From contig JBBQMH010000006.1 of NCBI GenBank assembly GCA_038328755.1, positions 1-59,103 of the forward strand: a stretch of 59,103 nucleotides of DNA, in the 5' to 3' direction. The position numbers were made by a program, and so were the translations under genes. The notes under the pieces are model-generated. The model had not been told where the DNA came from and made no database searches. It was given only the letters and a program-made list of their open reading frames with translations. Positions 10,196 to 19,984 of this stretch are shown here, in pieces; within the stretch, counting starts at the first letter, position 1; each line of letters starts with the position of its first letter. This DNA is from Candidatus Limnocylindrales bacterium (GTDB taxonomy: Bacteria > Chloroflexota > Limnocylindria > Limnocylindrales > CSP1-4).

Positions 10196-12517
10196 ATGTT
10201 CAGTCGCTGGGGTGCGTTCGTCTATCGACGTCGCCGAATCTTCCTCATCGTCATGATCGCCATTGCGGCCGGGGCCCTGCCGCTCGCCGCGGGCACGTCC
10301 GCCCAGCTCAGCTCGGGCGGATGGCTCGACAAGAACTCTGAATCCGCGAAGGTCTCCCAGCGCCTGGAGGCGGAATTCGGCGGCGGTCAAAGCGCCTTCC
10401 TGGCCCTCTTTCGGGCAGATGCATCAGGCGCTGACGCTCGGGGCGCCGACTTCCAGGCGGCGATCGCGACGACGCTCGCGGGCCTCTCGACCGACAGCCG
10501 TGTCGGGGCCATCACGGGCTATGCCCAGACTCGCGACGACCGATTCGTCAGCGTTGCGGGTGACGCCACGTATGTCGTGATCGGCCTGAACATGACCGAT
10601 GACGAGTCCCTCGCCGCGGTCGATGGCATCCAGAGCCTCCTCACTCCGCCGGCTGGATACGAAGTCAGCCTGACCGGCTTCGGACCCATCCAGCGGGACT
10701 CAGCGGCTCTCTCGGAGAAGGATCTGCTGCGGGCTGAGACCGTCTCCCTGCCGATCGCAGCGATCGTCCTGATCCTGGTCTTTGCTTCGATCGTCGCAGC
10801 CGGCATGCCGTTGCTGGTGGCCGGCCTTGCGATCCCGGTCTCGCTGGCGATCATCAACCTGCTCGCCCGGCAGACCGACATGAGCATCTACGTCCTGAAC
10901 ATCGCAACCATGCTCGGGCTGGCGCTCGCAATCGACTATTCCCTCTTCATCACCAGCCGCTTCCGGGAGGAACTCGGGAAGGGCCGCACGGTCGAGCAGG
11001 CCGTCATTACCGCAGTCGCGACCGCCGGCAAGGCCGTCATGTTCTCCGGCATCGCGGTCGCCATCGGACTGTCGGGGCTGCTCTGGTTCGAGGCGAGCGC
11101 CCTGAACTCCATCGGGAAGGGCGGCGCGGTCGTGGTCCTTTGCTCCGTGGTCTTCTCGCTGACCTTCCTGCCCGCACTCCTCGGCGTCATCGGGCCGCGG
11201 GTCAACGCCCTCTCGGTCCGGGGCCTGCTCCGGCACATCGGCCTCGGCGGCGACCCGGCCGCGACGCGCTCCTCGCGTTGGGAGCGAATGGCCCATGCGG
11301 TCATGCGGCGCCCGATCGCGGTCCTCGTGCCCGTTCTGGCGGTCCTGTTCATCGCCGGCTCACCGTTCTTCCGGCTCCAGCAGGGCGTCCCCGACGCGAG
11401 CATCTTCCCGGCCGGACTGCCAAGCCGCGATGCCTGGGTTGCACTGATGACCGAGTTCCGCCCTGGCGAGACCACGCCGATCACGATCCTGGTCGACACC
11501 AAGGACGGCGTGACCGACGCCTCGACGATCCAGGCAGTCATGGACTACTCGGCACAGGTGACCGCTCTCGAGGGTATCGACCGGGTCGAGGGACCGTTCT
11601 CGCTGACCGATCCAGCAACCGGCGGCCCACTGTCCGCCGATCAGGTTGCCCAACTGTATGCCGCGCCAGCTGGGGCGCTGCCCCCGGCTCTCGAGGGCGC
11701 GGTTACGGAGCTGCGCAAGGCCTACATCCGGGACGGCGTGGTCCGGCTCGATGCGATCAGCCCGCTGGAGCCCGCCATCCCGGCCGGAACCGCCGTCATT
11801 CCACGAGTTCGTGCGGTGCCCGGCGGGGACGCCATCACGGGCATCAAAGTCGGCGGCGTGGCTGCCATCTCCGAGGACTTCCTGCGCGCCCAGAACGACC
11901 GGATGCCGTGGGCGATCGGAACGACGCTCCTCGCATCGGCGATCATCCTCTTCCTGCTGTTCGGGTCCCTGGCGATCCCACTGAAGGCAGTCGCGATGAC
12001 GCTCCTGTCGCTATCAGCAAGCTTCGGAGCGCTCGTCTGGATCTTCCAGGAGGGCAACCTCCACGAGTTCCTCAACTTCACGCCCATCGGCTACACCATC
12101 GCCGGCAACCCGATCATCATGTTCGCGGTCCTGATCGGCCTGTCCATGGACTACGAGGTCCTCCTGCTGTCGCGCATCCAGGAGTCGTATCGCCGGACTG
12201 GCGACAACACGGCGGCCGTGGCCGAGGGCCTCGCGAAGACCGCGGGGGTGATCACCGGAGCGGCCATGGTCATGGTGGTCGTCTTCGCAGCGTTCGCCCT
12301 GGCGGACGTCATCACGATCAAGAGCATCGGCGTCGGCATGTCGATCGCCGTCCTCGTCGACGCCACGATCATCCGGGTCCTGCTGGTGCCAGCCGCGATG
12401 CGCCTCCTGGGCGAGTGGAACTGGTGGGCGCCCGGTATCCTCGGTCGACTGGCGGACCGCCTCGGTTTCAGCCACGTCGAGGTCGAAGATCAGCCGAGTG
12501 GAGGACTTCAAGAGTGA
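10196..12517 (+). CDS. MMPL family transporter
   Basis: 773 aa; GLALAIDYSLF and GLSMDYEVLLLSRI motifs, two repeated TM bundles. Confidence 0.93.
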   Translation: MFSRWGAFVYRRRRIFLIVMIAIAAGALPLAAGTSAQLSSGGWLDKNSESAKVSQRLEAEFGGGQSAFLALFRADASGADARGADFQAAIATTLAGLSTDSRVGAITGYAQTRDDRFVSVAGDATYVVIGLNMTDDESLAAVDGIQSLLTPPAGYEVSLTGFGPIQRDSAALSEKDLLRAETVSLPIAAIVLILVFASIVAAGMPLLVAGLAIPVSLAIINLLARQTDMSIYVLNIATMLGLALAIDYSLFITSRFREELGKGRTVEQAVITAVATAGKAVMFSGIAVAIGLSGLLWFEASALNSIGKGGAVVVLCSVVFSLTFLPALLGVIGPRVNALSVRGLLRHIGLGGDPAATRSSRWERMAHAVMRRPIAVLVPVLAVLFIAGSPFFRLQQGVPDASIFPAGLPSRDAWVALMTEFRPGETTPITILVDTKDGVTDASTIQAVMDYSAQVTALEGIDRVEGPFSLTDPATGGPLSADQVAQLYAAPAGALPPALEGAVTELRKAYIRDGVVRLDAISPLEPAIPAGTAVIPRVRAVPGGDAITGIKVGGVAAISEDFLRAQNDRMPWAIGTTLLASAIILFLLFGSLAIPLKAVAMTLLSLSASFGALVWIFQEGNLHEFLNFTPIGYTIAGNPIIMFAVLIGLSMDYEVLLLSRIQESYRRTGDNTAAVAEGLAKTAGVITGAAMVMVVVFAAFALADVITIKSIGVGMSIAVLVDATIIRVLLVPAAMRLLGEWNWWAPGILGRLADRLGFSHVEVEDQPSGGLQE

Positions 12518-13053
12518 CCACCAACGACGACGAGGGTCGAGCCACGCCGGTCAGCGGCACGATCCACGCCTACGGCTGGCAGTGGGGACCGGACGACGAG
12601 CGCCGACCGGGCCTGCCCTGGATTGGCGTGTTCCTTGTCGTGTTCGGGGCACTCCTGATCGTTCAGAACCTCCTTCCTGAGTACCGCAGCCTCGGCAATA
12701 CCGCCGTCCTCGCAGCAGGATTGGCGTTCCTCCTGGTCTGGGCAATCCGCCGTGGCACGGCTGCGCTCTACGTCGGCGCGTTCCTCACGGCGGCCGCGAT
12801 CCCGGGGACGCTGCGCGGCCTGGGACTCGAGCTGGGTAGCGGCTGGGGAACGCTGTTCTTCGGAGTCGCGCTGTTGTTCATCGCCCTCGTCCGCGCGTCG
12901 CGGAATGGCGGCTGGGGATGGCAGGCGATCGTCGGCGCCGGCCTGGTCCTCTTGGCCTCGTCCGAAATCGCCGTCCCGGAGGTGTCGAACCTCGTGGTCC
13001 CGGCGCTGTTGGTCGTCCTGGGCGTGATCCTGCTGTTCCGCGGGCGAAAATAG
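12514..13053 (+). CDS. Hypothetical multi-pass membrane protein
   Basis: GTG start overlapping the MMPL stop (GTGA); about six hydrophobic helices. Confidence 0.75.
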   Translation: MTTNDDEGRATPVSGTIHAYGWQWGPDDERRPGLPWIGVFLVVFGALLIVQNLLPEYRSLGNTAVLAAGLAFLLVWAIRRGTAALYVGAFLTAAAIPGTLRGLGLELGSGWGTLFFGVALLFIALVRASRNGGWGWQAIVGAGLVLLASSEIAVPEVSNLVVPALLVVLGVILLFRGRK

Positions 13054-13086
13054 CCACCTAAGGAGCTGGTCGAGAGACGCCCGGCG

Positions 13087-14430
13087 TCAGCCCCTACCGA
13101 GCCCCACGCCTGCGGTCGCAGTTTCGACGGACTCGGCGACCACATCGGCGATCCGGACCAGTTCCTCGTCGGTGATGACGAAGGGCGGACCGAGCAGGAT
13201 CGAATCCCCGTCCGTTCCATCTGCGATGCCGGTCCCCGAGTACAGGAGGACCCCCTGGTCCCGAGCGGCGTGAACGATCGCCTCCGTCAGCCGCGCGGAC
13301 CGAGGGAACGGATCTCGCGACTCCCGATCCGCCACGAACTCAAGACCGACCATCAGGCCACGCCCGCGGATCTCGCCGACGTTGGGGTGATCGGCAAGGC
13401 GGGCGGTAAGCAGCCCGCGTAGGCGCTCTCCCTTGGCCGCACTTGCCTCGACCAGCGATTCGTCCTCGAGGATCCGGAGGACCTCGCCTGCAACCGCAGC
13501 ACCAACCGGCTGATGCGAGTAGGTGAAACCGTGGGTGAACCCGCCGCCCGCCTTGATCACGTCGTGGATCTCGCCGCGGGCGGCGGCGAAGCCGAAGGGC
13601 CAGTAGCCGGAGGTCGCCCCTTTTGCTGCGACGAGGATGTCCGGGCGCACCGCCCAGTGGTCAATCCCGAACCAGCGACCGGTTCGCCCAAAGCCGGTCA
13701 TCACCTCATCCGCGATCAGAAGGACACGGTGCCGGCGACAGACCTCGCTGATGGCCTGCCAGTACCCATCGGGTGGTTCGGCGGCGGCAAGGCTGGCCCC
13801 AACGATGGGCTCGGCCACGAACGCGGCCACGGTTCCGGGCTCGGCGGCCGAGAAGGCGCGATCGAGCTCATCCGCGAGCTCTGTCGCATCACCGAGCGCA
13901 TTCGAGCCGGACATCCCCGCCCGATACGGGTAGGCCGCCGAGACATGTCGAAACCGACCGAGCCAGCCCTCGTACGGACGGCGAAGCGGCTTGCGACCCG
14001 AAAGGTCCAGGGCGCCGAGCGTGTTCCCGTGGTAGCTGGACCAGCGGGCGAAGACGATGAGGCGATCCTTCTCTCCACGCGCGAGGTGATACGCGCGGGC
14101 GAGCTTCAGCGCGGTCTCGATCGCCTCGGAGCCACCACTTACGGGGTAGAGGCGCGGCTCGTCAACCGGAAGGTGCGGCCCAACGGCCGCGGCATATGCC
14201 TCGAGCGCCTCGGTCGTGAAGACGCTGCCGTGGGCGTAGCTCAGCCGCCCGGCCTGTGCCGCCATCACGTCCGCGATGGACTGACGGCCATGACCGACAT
14301 TGACCACGATTGCGCCGCCAGCGGCATCGAGGTAGGCACGGCCATCCGAATCCCAGATCGTGCTGCCTTCGGCGCGCACCGCAACCGGGGGCTCGGCATC
14401 CGTCGAGCGGCGGAAGACGCGACTGGTCAT
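13087..14430 (-). CDS. Class III PLP-dependent aminotransferase
   Basis: SGGSEAIETALK, SYHGNT, LIADEVMTGFGRTG, AAKG (PLP lysine). Confidence 0.93.
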   Translation of the reverse strand: MTSRVFRRSTDAEPPVAVRAEGSTIWDSDGRAYLDAAGGAIVVNVGHGRQSIADVMAAQAGRLSYAHGSVFTTEALEAYAAAVGPHLPVDEPRLYPVSGGSEAIETALKLARAYHLARGEKDRLIVFARWSSYHGNTLGALDLSGRKPLRRPYEGWLGRFRHVSAAYPYRAGMSGSNALGDATELADELDRAFSAAEPGTVAAFVAEPIVGASLAAAEPPDGYWQAISEVCRRHRVLLIADEVMTGFGRTGRWFGIDHWAVRPDILVAAKGATSGYWPFGFAAARGEIHDVIKAGGGFTHGFTYSHQPVGAAVAGEVLRILEDESLVEASAAKGERLRGLLTARLADHPNVGEIRGRGLMVGLEFVADRESRDPFPRSARLTEAIVHAARDQGVLLYSGTGIADGTDGDSILLGPPFVITDEELVRIADVVAESVETATAGVGLGRG

Positions 14431-14782
14431 GGCAGTTGGCTCAGGGGGGACTGGCTCACCGCCGGATTGTAGGCGCCATCGCGAGGAGGACGCGCCTCGA
14501 GAAGGGCCGCCGGCACGGGCGCGGCGTGGCCGCGGCGTGGGCGCACAGGGCTCGATATCGCGCGCGACCGGTCTGGCAGTCCTGAATTCCCGGCTGCGCA
14601 GTCACAAACCGGACCATGCGTCCGATTTGCGACACATCTGAGCGGCCGACGACGCGAAAGTGACCGCATTACGGACTGTCAGTCCGGATCACGACACGAT
14701 GACCCGGAAAAGGGGACGGGCAGTCCGGTTGCGCACCTGGCGCCAGTCGGGCGGGCGGCGGATCACGCTCCTGGTTGCCGGA

Positions 14783-14829
14783 CGGGTGGGCGGCACCTGG
14801 CGCCTGGCGGGTGGGCGGCACCTGGCGCC
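14783..14829. repeat. Intergenic direct repeat, 22 bp x2 at 25-bp period
   Basis: CGGGTGGGCGGCACCTGGCGCC at 14783 and 14808; partial copy GCACCTGGCGCC at 14733. Confidence 0.8.
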
Positions 14830-14884
14830 GGACGGGCGTGCTGGCGGGTCATGCCGGCGCCCGGCCCACGCACCGGACACGGAG

Positions 14885-14916
14885 CAGCGCCCCGGGGGAA
14901 GGGACCCGGGGCGCTG
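14885..14916 (-). terminator. GC-rich hairpin downstream of the sqr operon
   Basis: Perfect 12-bp stem CAGCGCCCCGGG / CCCGGGGCGCTG, 8-nt loop, 70 bp after the sqr stop. Confidence 0.65.
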
Positions 14917-14985
14917 AAGGCCGCGTTAGGAGCGGCAGACATTGGCGATTGATCGCCTTGCTCAGGCGCGGCCTTTCGGAACGGC

Positions 14986-16143
14986 TTAGACGCGGCCCTT
15001 CGGCACGGTGTGGAAGTAGGTCTTGTTGAAGACGATCTTCCCGAGGTGCCAGAGCTGATTTGGCTTCGGTGGCTTGGGTGGATGGTCGTAGTCGAACTGG
15101 AGGACAGTGCCCTTGCCATCTCCGATCTCGAAGAAGCACATGACCTTGCCCTCGTACGTTGCGTGCGCACCGGACGGAGCCCGGTCCTCGATCGCCGCGA
15201 CGATGCTCTCGACCACCACCGGCGCCTCGAAGTGCGCCGTGGATCCGGCCTTGGACAACGGCAGGTCAGTCGCGTCCCCGAGTGCGTACACGTTGGGTCG
15301 GCCACCCACCTTCAGGGTGAAGCGGTCGGTTGGCAGCCAGCCCCCTGGCGCCGGAGCCAGACCGGAGTCCATCAGGAACTGCTGACCCTTGTGCGGCGGC
15401 ACCAGGATGAGCAGGTCGTACGGCAGCTCCTCTCCCTCGAGACTCTGGACGACCTTTCGCTCCGGATCGATGGTCTCGACGTTGAAGAACGTGTGGAGTT
15501 CGATCCCCTTCTCCTCGAGGATCGGAGTCGCCATCTCGCTGACCGACTCGATCGTGAAAGCACGACCGATTGGCGAGGCATAGTGGAGTTCCGCTTTGTC
15601 CCGGAGCCCGCGCTCGCGGAGTTCGGACTCGATGAGGAACGCCACCTCGAGCGGAGCCGGCGGGCACTTGTACGGCATCGAGGCAATCCCGATGACGATC
15701 TTGCCGCCCGTGAAGGCATCCAGCGCGTGACGCAATTTCAGGGCCGCATCGGCGGTGTAGAAGTGGTGCGCCTCGGTCTCGAAATGTTCGATGGACTCGG
15801 GCAGGATGCGAGCACCCGTGGCGATCACCAGCTGGTCGTAGGACAGAGCCGGGCCATCCTTGATCTGGACGGTCTGAGCCTCCTCGTCGACCCGATCGAC
15901 CGTCCCGATGACGAGCTTGATCCGATCGTCGAGCAGCGCACGCTCGGGCTTCTGGAGCTTCTCCGCCCGCTCGCCACCCATGGCGATGTACATGAAGCCG
16001 GGCTGATAGACGTGGGCTCCGGTCGCGTCCACCACCGTGACTTCGACGTCACCGCGGTCGATCTGCTTCTTGAGTTTCTTGGACAGGAGGTTGGCGGTCA
16101 GCGTCCCGCCGACGCCGCCGCCAAGGATGAGGATCCGGTTCAT
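14986..16143 (-). CDS. sqr: Sulfide:quinone oxidoreductase-like flavoprotein (type III-like)
   Basis: GGGVGG FAD motif, YQPG, KCPPAPLE and CFFEIG redox cysteines, GDAT...KAGS; TusA/DsrE context. Confidence 0.82.
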   Translation of the reverse strand: MNRILILGGGVGGTLTANLLSKKLKKQIDRGDVEVTVVDATGAHVYQPGFMYIAMGGERAEKLQKPERALLDDRIKLVIGTVDRVDEEAQTVQIKDGPALSYDQLVIATGARILPESIEHFETEAHHFYTADAALKLRHALDAFTGGKIVIGIASMPYKCPPAPLEVAFLIESELRERGLRDKAELHYASPIGRAFTIESVSEMATPILEEKGIELHTFFNVETIDPERKVVQSLEGEELPYDLLILVPPHKGQQFLMDSGLAPAPGGWLPTDRFTLKVGGRPNVYALGDATDLPLSKAGSTAHFEAPVVVESIVAAIEDRAPSGAHATYEGKVMCFFEIGDGKGTVLQFDYDHPPKPPKPNQLWHLGKIVFNKTYFHTVPKGRV

Positions 16144-16146
16144 CGG

Positions 16147-16398
16147 CTAGCGCGCCTTCTCGACGAGGATCTCGTCGAAGCCGTCGCGGGTGTCCACCGA
16201 GATCAGCCGATGGCCGGCCTTCTCGATCCACTTGGGGATGTCCACCTTGGAGCCCTTGTCCGAGGACAGGACGGCCAGGATGTCGCCCACCTGGGCTTCG
16301 CGGATCCCGCGAATCAGTTCCATGAGCGGTCCCGGACAGAAGCTGCCGCGGGCGTCGATGGTTCGGGTTGGGGTCGGGGTTGTGGTTGCTTCAGTCAT
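16147..16398 (-). CDS. tusA: TusA family sulfur carrier
   Basis: IDARGSFCPGP CPxP motif. Confidence 0.9.
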   Translation of the reverse strand: MTEATTTPTPTRTIDARGSFCPGPLMELIRGIREAQVGDILAVLSSDKGSKVDIPKWIEKAGHRLISVDTRDGFDEILVEKAR

Positions 16399-16444
16399 TG
16401 GATAGTTCCCTTCCCAGGCCCTTGCGGGCCCGCTGGTTGATCCG

Positions 16445-17029
16445 TCAGATAAAGAGTGGCGAGGAGCCTTCGGACATCAGTCCGATGACCGTTGCCGCGC
16501 CGACCGGCTCGCCCATGCCCTCGATGAGGTCATCGCGGGTGAGACCGAACATGTCCATGGTCATCTGGCAGGGGATGAACTCGACGCCCATCTCCTTGGC
16601 GACCTCAAGGAGCTCCTTGGGGCTCATGTTGTTCATCTGCTTGGCAAGCGTGCCCATCATCCAGGGACCCATACCCATGAAGTTCATCTTCGACAGGGGG
16701 CGGTGGCTGATGCCGGGTCGTGACATCACGGACAGCATCTTCTGCATCCAGTTCTTGCCGGTGACGCGCTTCTCGTCCTTGACGAAGTTCTGGAGTCCCC
16801 AGAACGTGACGAACACGCGGCAGGGAACCTGCATGGCACCGGCCGTCGAGGCCAGGAGCATTGTCGCCCAGACCTTCTCCAGCTCGCCGCTGTAGTTGAT
16901 GAGGAGGATGTCGTGGAGCTTCTTGGGCTCCTCGGCCGCTACCTCCGCCTCGGGCTCCGTGAGGCCTTCGGCATCGGCGATGGCTTGTGCCACCGGATCC
17001 ACCGTGGGTCGTTCAGCTGTCATGGTCAT
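16445..17029 (-). CDS. DsrE/DsrF/DrsH-like (DsrE2-type) sulfurtransferase
   Basis: VFVTFWGL and IPCQMTMDMFG motifs; start ATG 17029 (alternative GTG 17044). Confidence 0.85.
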   Translation of the reverse strand: MTMTAERPTVDPVAQAIADAEGLTEPEAEVAAEEPKKLHDILLINYSGELEKVWATMLLASTAGAMQVPCRVFVTFWGLQNFVKDEKRVTGKNWMQKMLSVMSRPGISHRPLSKMNFMGMGPWMMGTLAKQMNNMSPKELLEVAKEMGVEFIPCQMTMDMFGLTRDDLIEGMGEPVGAATVIGLMSEGSSPLFI

Positions 17030-17040
17030 TGGTTCGTGCC

Positions 17041-17277
17041 TCACTTCCGGCGAATGACGAAGCGGTAGACCGCGCCATCCGATGTCTGCTCAATCAGCGC
17101 GTTGCCGGTGGACCGGCACCAGGCGGCGAAGTCCTTGACGGACCCCGGGTCGGTGGCCAGGACCTCCATGACAGCGCCGGAAGCCAGGGGCTTCGCGGCC
17201 TGTGCCGTTCGGACGATCGGCATCGGGCAGGACAGCCCGCGGGCGTCCACCTGGACTGCGATCTCGAGTGCTTCCAC
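17041..17277 (-). CDS. tusA: TusA family sulfur carrier (second copy)
   Basis: VDARGLSCPMP, DPGSVKDFAAWC. Confidence 0.9.
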   Translation of the reverse strand: MEALEIAVQVDARGLSCPMPIVRTAQAAKPLASGAVMEVLATDPGSVKDFAAWCRSTGNALIEQTSDGAVYRFVIRRK

Positions 17278-17324
17278 GTTCGTACTCCTTCCGGATCGAG
17301 CGAACTCGATCGATTGACTTGGGA

Positions 17325-17738
17325 CTAGATGAAGACCATCTGGCCATCGCCGGCGTTCAGGTAGAACGACGTGACGCCTTCGACGCCATCGACGAGCGGG
17401 TCGAGATCGGTTTCTTCAATGCCCAGCAGGTCCATCGACAGCGAGCAGGCCTGGATATCGACGCCGCCCAGCTCCTTGGCCTGGCGGAGGGTATCGGCCC
17501 AGCTCGCCTGACCGGCCTTGCGAAGGGCATCCACGTGCTGGCGGCCCTCGTCGCCGGCCTCTGGGGCGAGACCGTGGTCGCGATCGATCCGGTCGCGCCG
17601 GAACGCCTCGAGCGCCCAGTACTGGAGGAAGACGTTGACCGGCTTTCCCAGCGCCGCTGCGCCCGCGATGAGGACAACCGAAGCGTTGAGCTTGTCGTCC
17701 GTCCCCGAGAAGAGGACCAGGTTGATTGGTTCGTCCAC
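17325..17738 (-). CDS. DsrE/DsrF/DrsH-like protein
   Basis: LFSGTDDKL, VFLQYWAL, IQACSLSMDLLG. Confidence 0.85.
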   Translation of the reverse strand: MDEPINLVLFSGTDDKLNASVVLIAGAAALGKPVNVFLQYWALEAFRRDRIDRDHGLAPEAGDEGRQHVDALRKAGQASWADTLRQAKELGGVDIQACSLSMDLLGIEETDLDPLVDGVEGVTSFYLNAGDGQMVFI

Positions 17739-17750
17739 GAGTGGCTCCTT

Positions 17751-18140
17751 CTACGAGCGTGCGGTTGCGAGGTCACGAGGTGCTGATCGCGAGCCGGACT
17801 TGGCCGGCAGCACGGGTGCTGCGAGTTCGCCAAGCCGCGTCAGGCGGCGACCGAGGACCCCGCGCATGAGGTCACACGCCCGAATCACATCCGGGTCGGT
17901 GAGCCGGTAGTGGACCTCTCGTCCGTCGCGCTCGGCCTCGACGAGACCGGCTGTCCGGAGCACCGCGAGGTGCTGGGAAACGTTGGGCTGGCTCGCGTGG
18001 GTTTCAGTTGCGAGGCGCCCGACGTCCATCGGTCCATCGGCGAGCCGATGGAGGATTTCCAGTCGGCGCGGGCTGGCGAGAACCTTGAGGATCTCGGCCT
18101 GCAGGATCGTGATTTCGTCCATGGCCGAAGCATCCGTCAT
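17751..18140 (-). CDS. ArsR/SmtB family transcriptional repressor
   Basis: LKVLASPRRLEIL, SQPNVSQHLAVLR HTH, single Cys in the C-terminal helix (RACDLM). Confidence 0.92.
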   Translation of the reverse strand: MTDASAMDEITILQAEILKVLASPRRLEILHRLADGPMDVGRLATETHASQPNVSQHLAVLRTAGLVEAERDGREVHYRLTDPDVIRACDLMRGVLGRRLTRLGELAAPVLPAKSGSRSAPRDLATARS

Positions 18141-18158
18141 ATGCGCATGCGCGCATGA
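18137..18158. promoter_or_regulatory. Putative ArsR operator (imperfect 22-bp palindrome over its own start codon)
   Basis: TCATATGCGCATGCGCGCATGA, 18 of 22 positions self-complementary. Confidence 0.5.
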
Positions 18159-18202
18159 GTGCCGAGAGTCCCGATCCGGACCGCGGACGGCACCTCCCGC
18201 CC

Positions 18203-18216
18203 GGGACCTTCGGCCC
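18203..18216. promoter_or_regulatory. DosR-box-like site
   Basis: GGGACCTTCGGCCC upstream of the ArsR-sulfur operon; identical copy at 49601. Confidence 0.65.
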
Positions 18217-18223
18217 CACCGGC

Positions 18224-19036
18224 TCAGATTGAGCGGTTCGCGATGGTCAACTCGCGGCGCGTCCAGCCGATGAGAGCCTCGAGTTGGCTGGCATCAAGCC
18301 GCTCGCAGGCCCAGTCCCAGTGGATCGAAATAGCGTCGCCGGGCTCGGCCGAATCGAGGAACGACGCACCGTCCCACCAGGCCCGGATGCGCTCCGAACG
18401 TGGGGGCCCGAGGACCAGCTGGCCTTCGGCAAGCTCCAGCGGCACGGTCGAGACAACGAGCCAGTCGCCGTCGCGCTCGAGGACGCGGCCCCACCGAATC
18501 CGGCACGAATCCATGACCCGCAGCACGCCGTCAGCCTCCTCGCCGCGAAGCAGACCGACTTTCGGGAACACATCGAGGACGTGGAAGGCGTGGACCGGAA
18601 CCGCGCCGGCCTCGGGCGTCTCGGCCATCCAGCGCCAGGAGCCGGACCGTAGTCGCGGCCTGAACCGGACCTCGAGCGATCGCCCGAGAGATGCAGGCGT
18701 TACCGCGGACAGGAGGTCGTTTCCGAGCCAGTAGGCGTCGACGACCCGGGCGTCGAGGGGATCCGGAAGGCCGTTAGCTCCGGCGATGAGCTCGAGGTAC
18801 GGCCAGGCGCCCTCGAAGTCGCGGGCGAGATGCCGCAGGCCGGCGTCATCTCCCCCGTTCGTCGCCGATTCGAACAGCTCCTGGGATGCATCCGGCCCGC
18901 AGTACCCGAGCCGGTTCGGACCGAACGCATAGCGAGCGAACCGGATCGGCCCCGGGACCGGGCGGATCGGGCGCGGAGCGCGCCGAGGACGCTCTCGTCC
19001 GTCCAGCCCAGGTGGTCCGGCAGCGGCGATTTCCAT
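18224..19036 (-). CDS. DUF6390-like protein with HypC-like C-terminal region
   Basis: FARYAFGPNRLGYCGP, VVDAYWLGN, VPVHAFHV, MDSCRIRWG, GDAISIHWDW; family assigned by recall, not by search. Confidence 0.78.
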   Translation of the reverse strand: MEIAAAGPPGLDGRERPRRAPRPIRPVPGPIRFARYAFGPNRLGYCGPDASQELFESATNGGDDAGLRHLARDFEGAWPYLELIAGANGLPDPLDARVVDAYWLGNDLLSAVTPASLGRSLEVRFRPRLRSGSWRWMAETPEAGAVPVHAFHVLDVFPKVGLLRGEEADGVLRVMDSCRIRWGRVLERDGDWLVVSTVPLELAEGQLVLGPPRSERIRAWWDGASFLDSAEPGDAISIHWDWACERLDASQLEALIGWTRRELTIANRSI

Positions 19037-19984
19037 TCAAGCTCCGGAGGCGGCGGTCCGCGCTGTCATTCGGGTGGCGTACACCGCCAGGGCGATCGCG
19101 CCAGCCAGGATCAGGAGCTCGCCCGCCAGGACCGGGGTCGCGGGGAGCGTGCCCTTCTGGATCAGCTGCAGCGTCGCGGTGATCGGCGCACCGACGACGA
19201 GGACCGCGGTGACGAGGCTCGCCGGCGCCCGCTTCAGGGCCGCGAACCAGGTCGCGACATAGGCGGAGAGCACGACGCCCGTCCCCAGGGCCCACGCCCA
19301 CTGGACTGTGGTCAGGGCAGCAATGGTGCCGAGTTTGCCGGTCACGCCGAGGTAACCAATCAGCACGACGAGGCCGATACCCAGTCGGCCGGCGCCGACG
19401 ATGCCGGATGGCACGGCGCCCAGCAGCCGCCTGGCGATCACGACCTCGACCGCCCACAGGAGCGTCGCGGCGGCAATCATCGTCTCGCCCGCGCCCCACA
19501 TGACGCCACTCGGGCGCACGACAAGGAACTGACCGACGAGGAGGACGCCCAGAGCACCGAGCTGGGCAAGGCCCAGTCGTTCGCCGAGGAATGGGACCGC
19601 GAGCATGGCGACCCACACGAAGAGGGTCTTCTGGATGAAGGCCGCGGACGGAGCGCTGGCCTCCGCCAGTCCGACGAAGAAGAGGAGGAACGGCACGCTC
19701 CCACCGACGACGCCGATCACCAGGAGGCGGGCCCAGGAAGCGCGACCCAGGGACCGGACCTCGGCGGGACGGACCGTCATCGCGGCAAGCCCGATGAGAA
19801 TGACCGCGGCGACGCCGTTCTTGAGGGTCGTGTAGACGGCGGCGTCCGGGAGCTGCTTGACCGCGAAGCCGTTGATGAAGATCGCGAACCCGCTGATGAG
19901 AGCCGCAGTAAACGCGAGCCCGACGCCCCAGCGGAGCGATTCGGGGACGCGCCGAGCGACGGCGAATCGGTCGATGGCACCCAT
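19037..19984 (-). CDS. EamA/DMT family transporter
   Basis: About ten TM helices in two repeats, PFLGERLG motif; ATG 19984 overlaps the hypC stop (TAATG). Confidence 0.85.
   Translation of the reverse strand: MGAIDRFAVARRVPESLRWGVGLAFTAALISGFAIFINGFAVKQLPDAAVYTTLKNGVAAVILIGLAAMTVRPAEVRSLGRASWARLLVIGVVGGSVPFLLFFVGLAEASAPSAAFIQKTLFVWVAMLAVPFLGERLGLAQLGALGVLLVGQFLVVRPSGVMWGAGETMIAAATLLWAVEVVIARRLLGAVPSGIVGAGRLGIGLVVLIGYLGVTGKLGTIAALTTVQWAWALGTGVVLSAYVATWFAALKRAPASLVTAVLVVGAPITATLQLIQKGTLPATPVLAGELLILAGAIALAVYATRMTARTAASGA

Noticed and set aside
11140-12513. Long 5' extension of the 637-aa ORF overlapping MMPL
   Set aside because: Arg/Pro-rich off-frame read typical of high-GC DNA; only the part from GTG 12514 looks like a protein.
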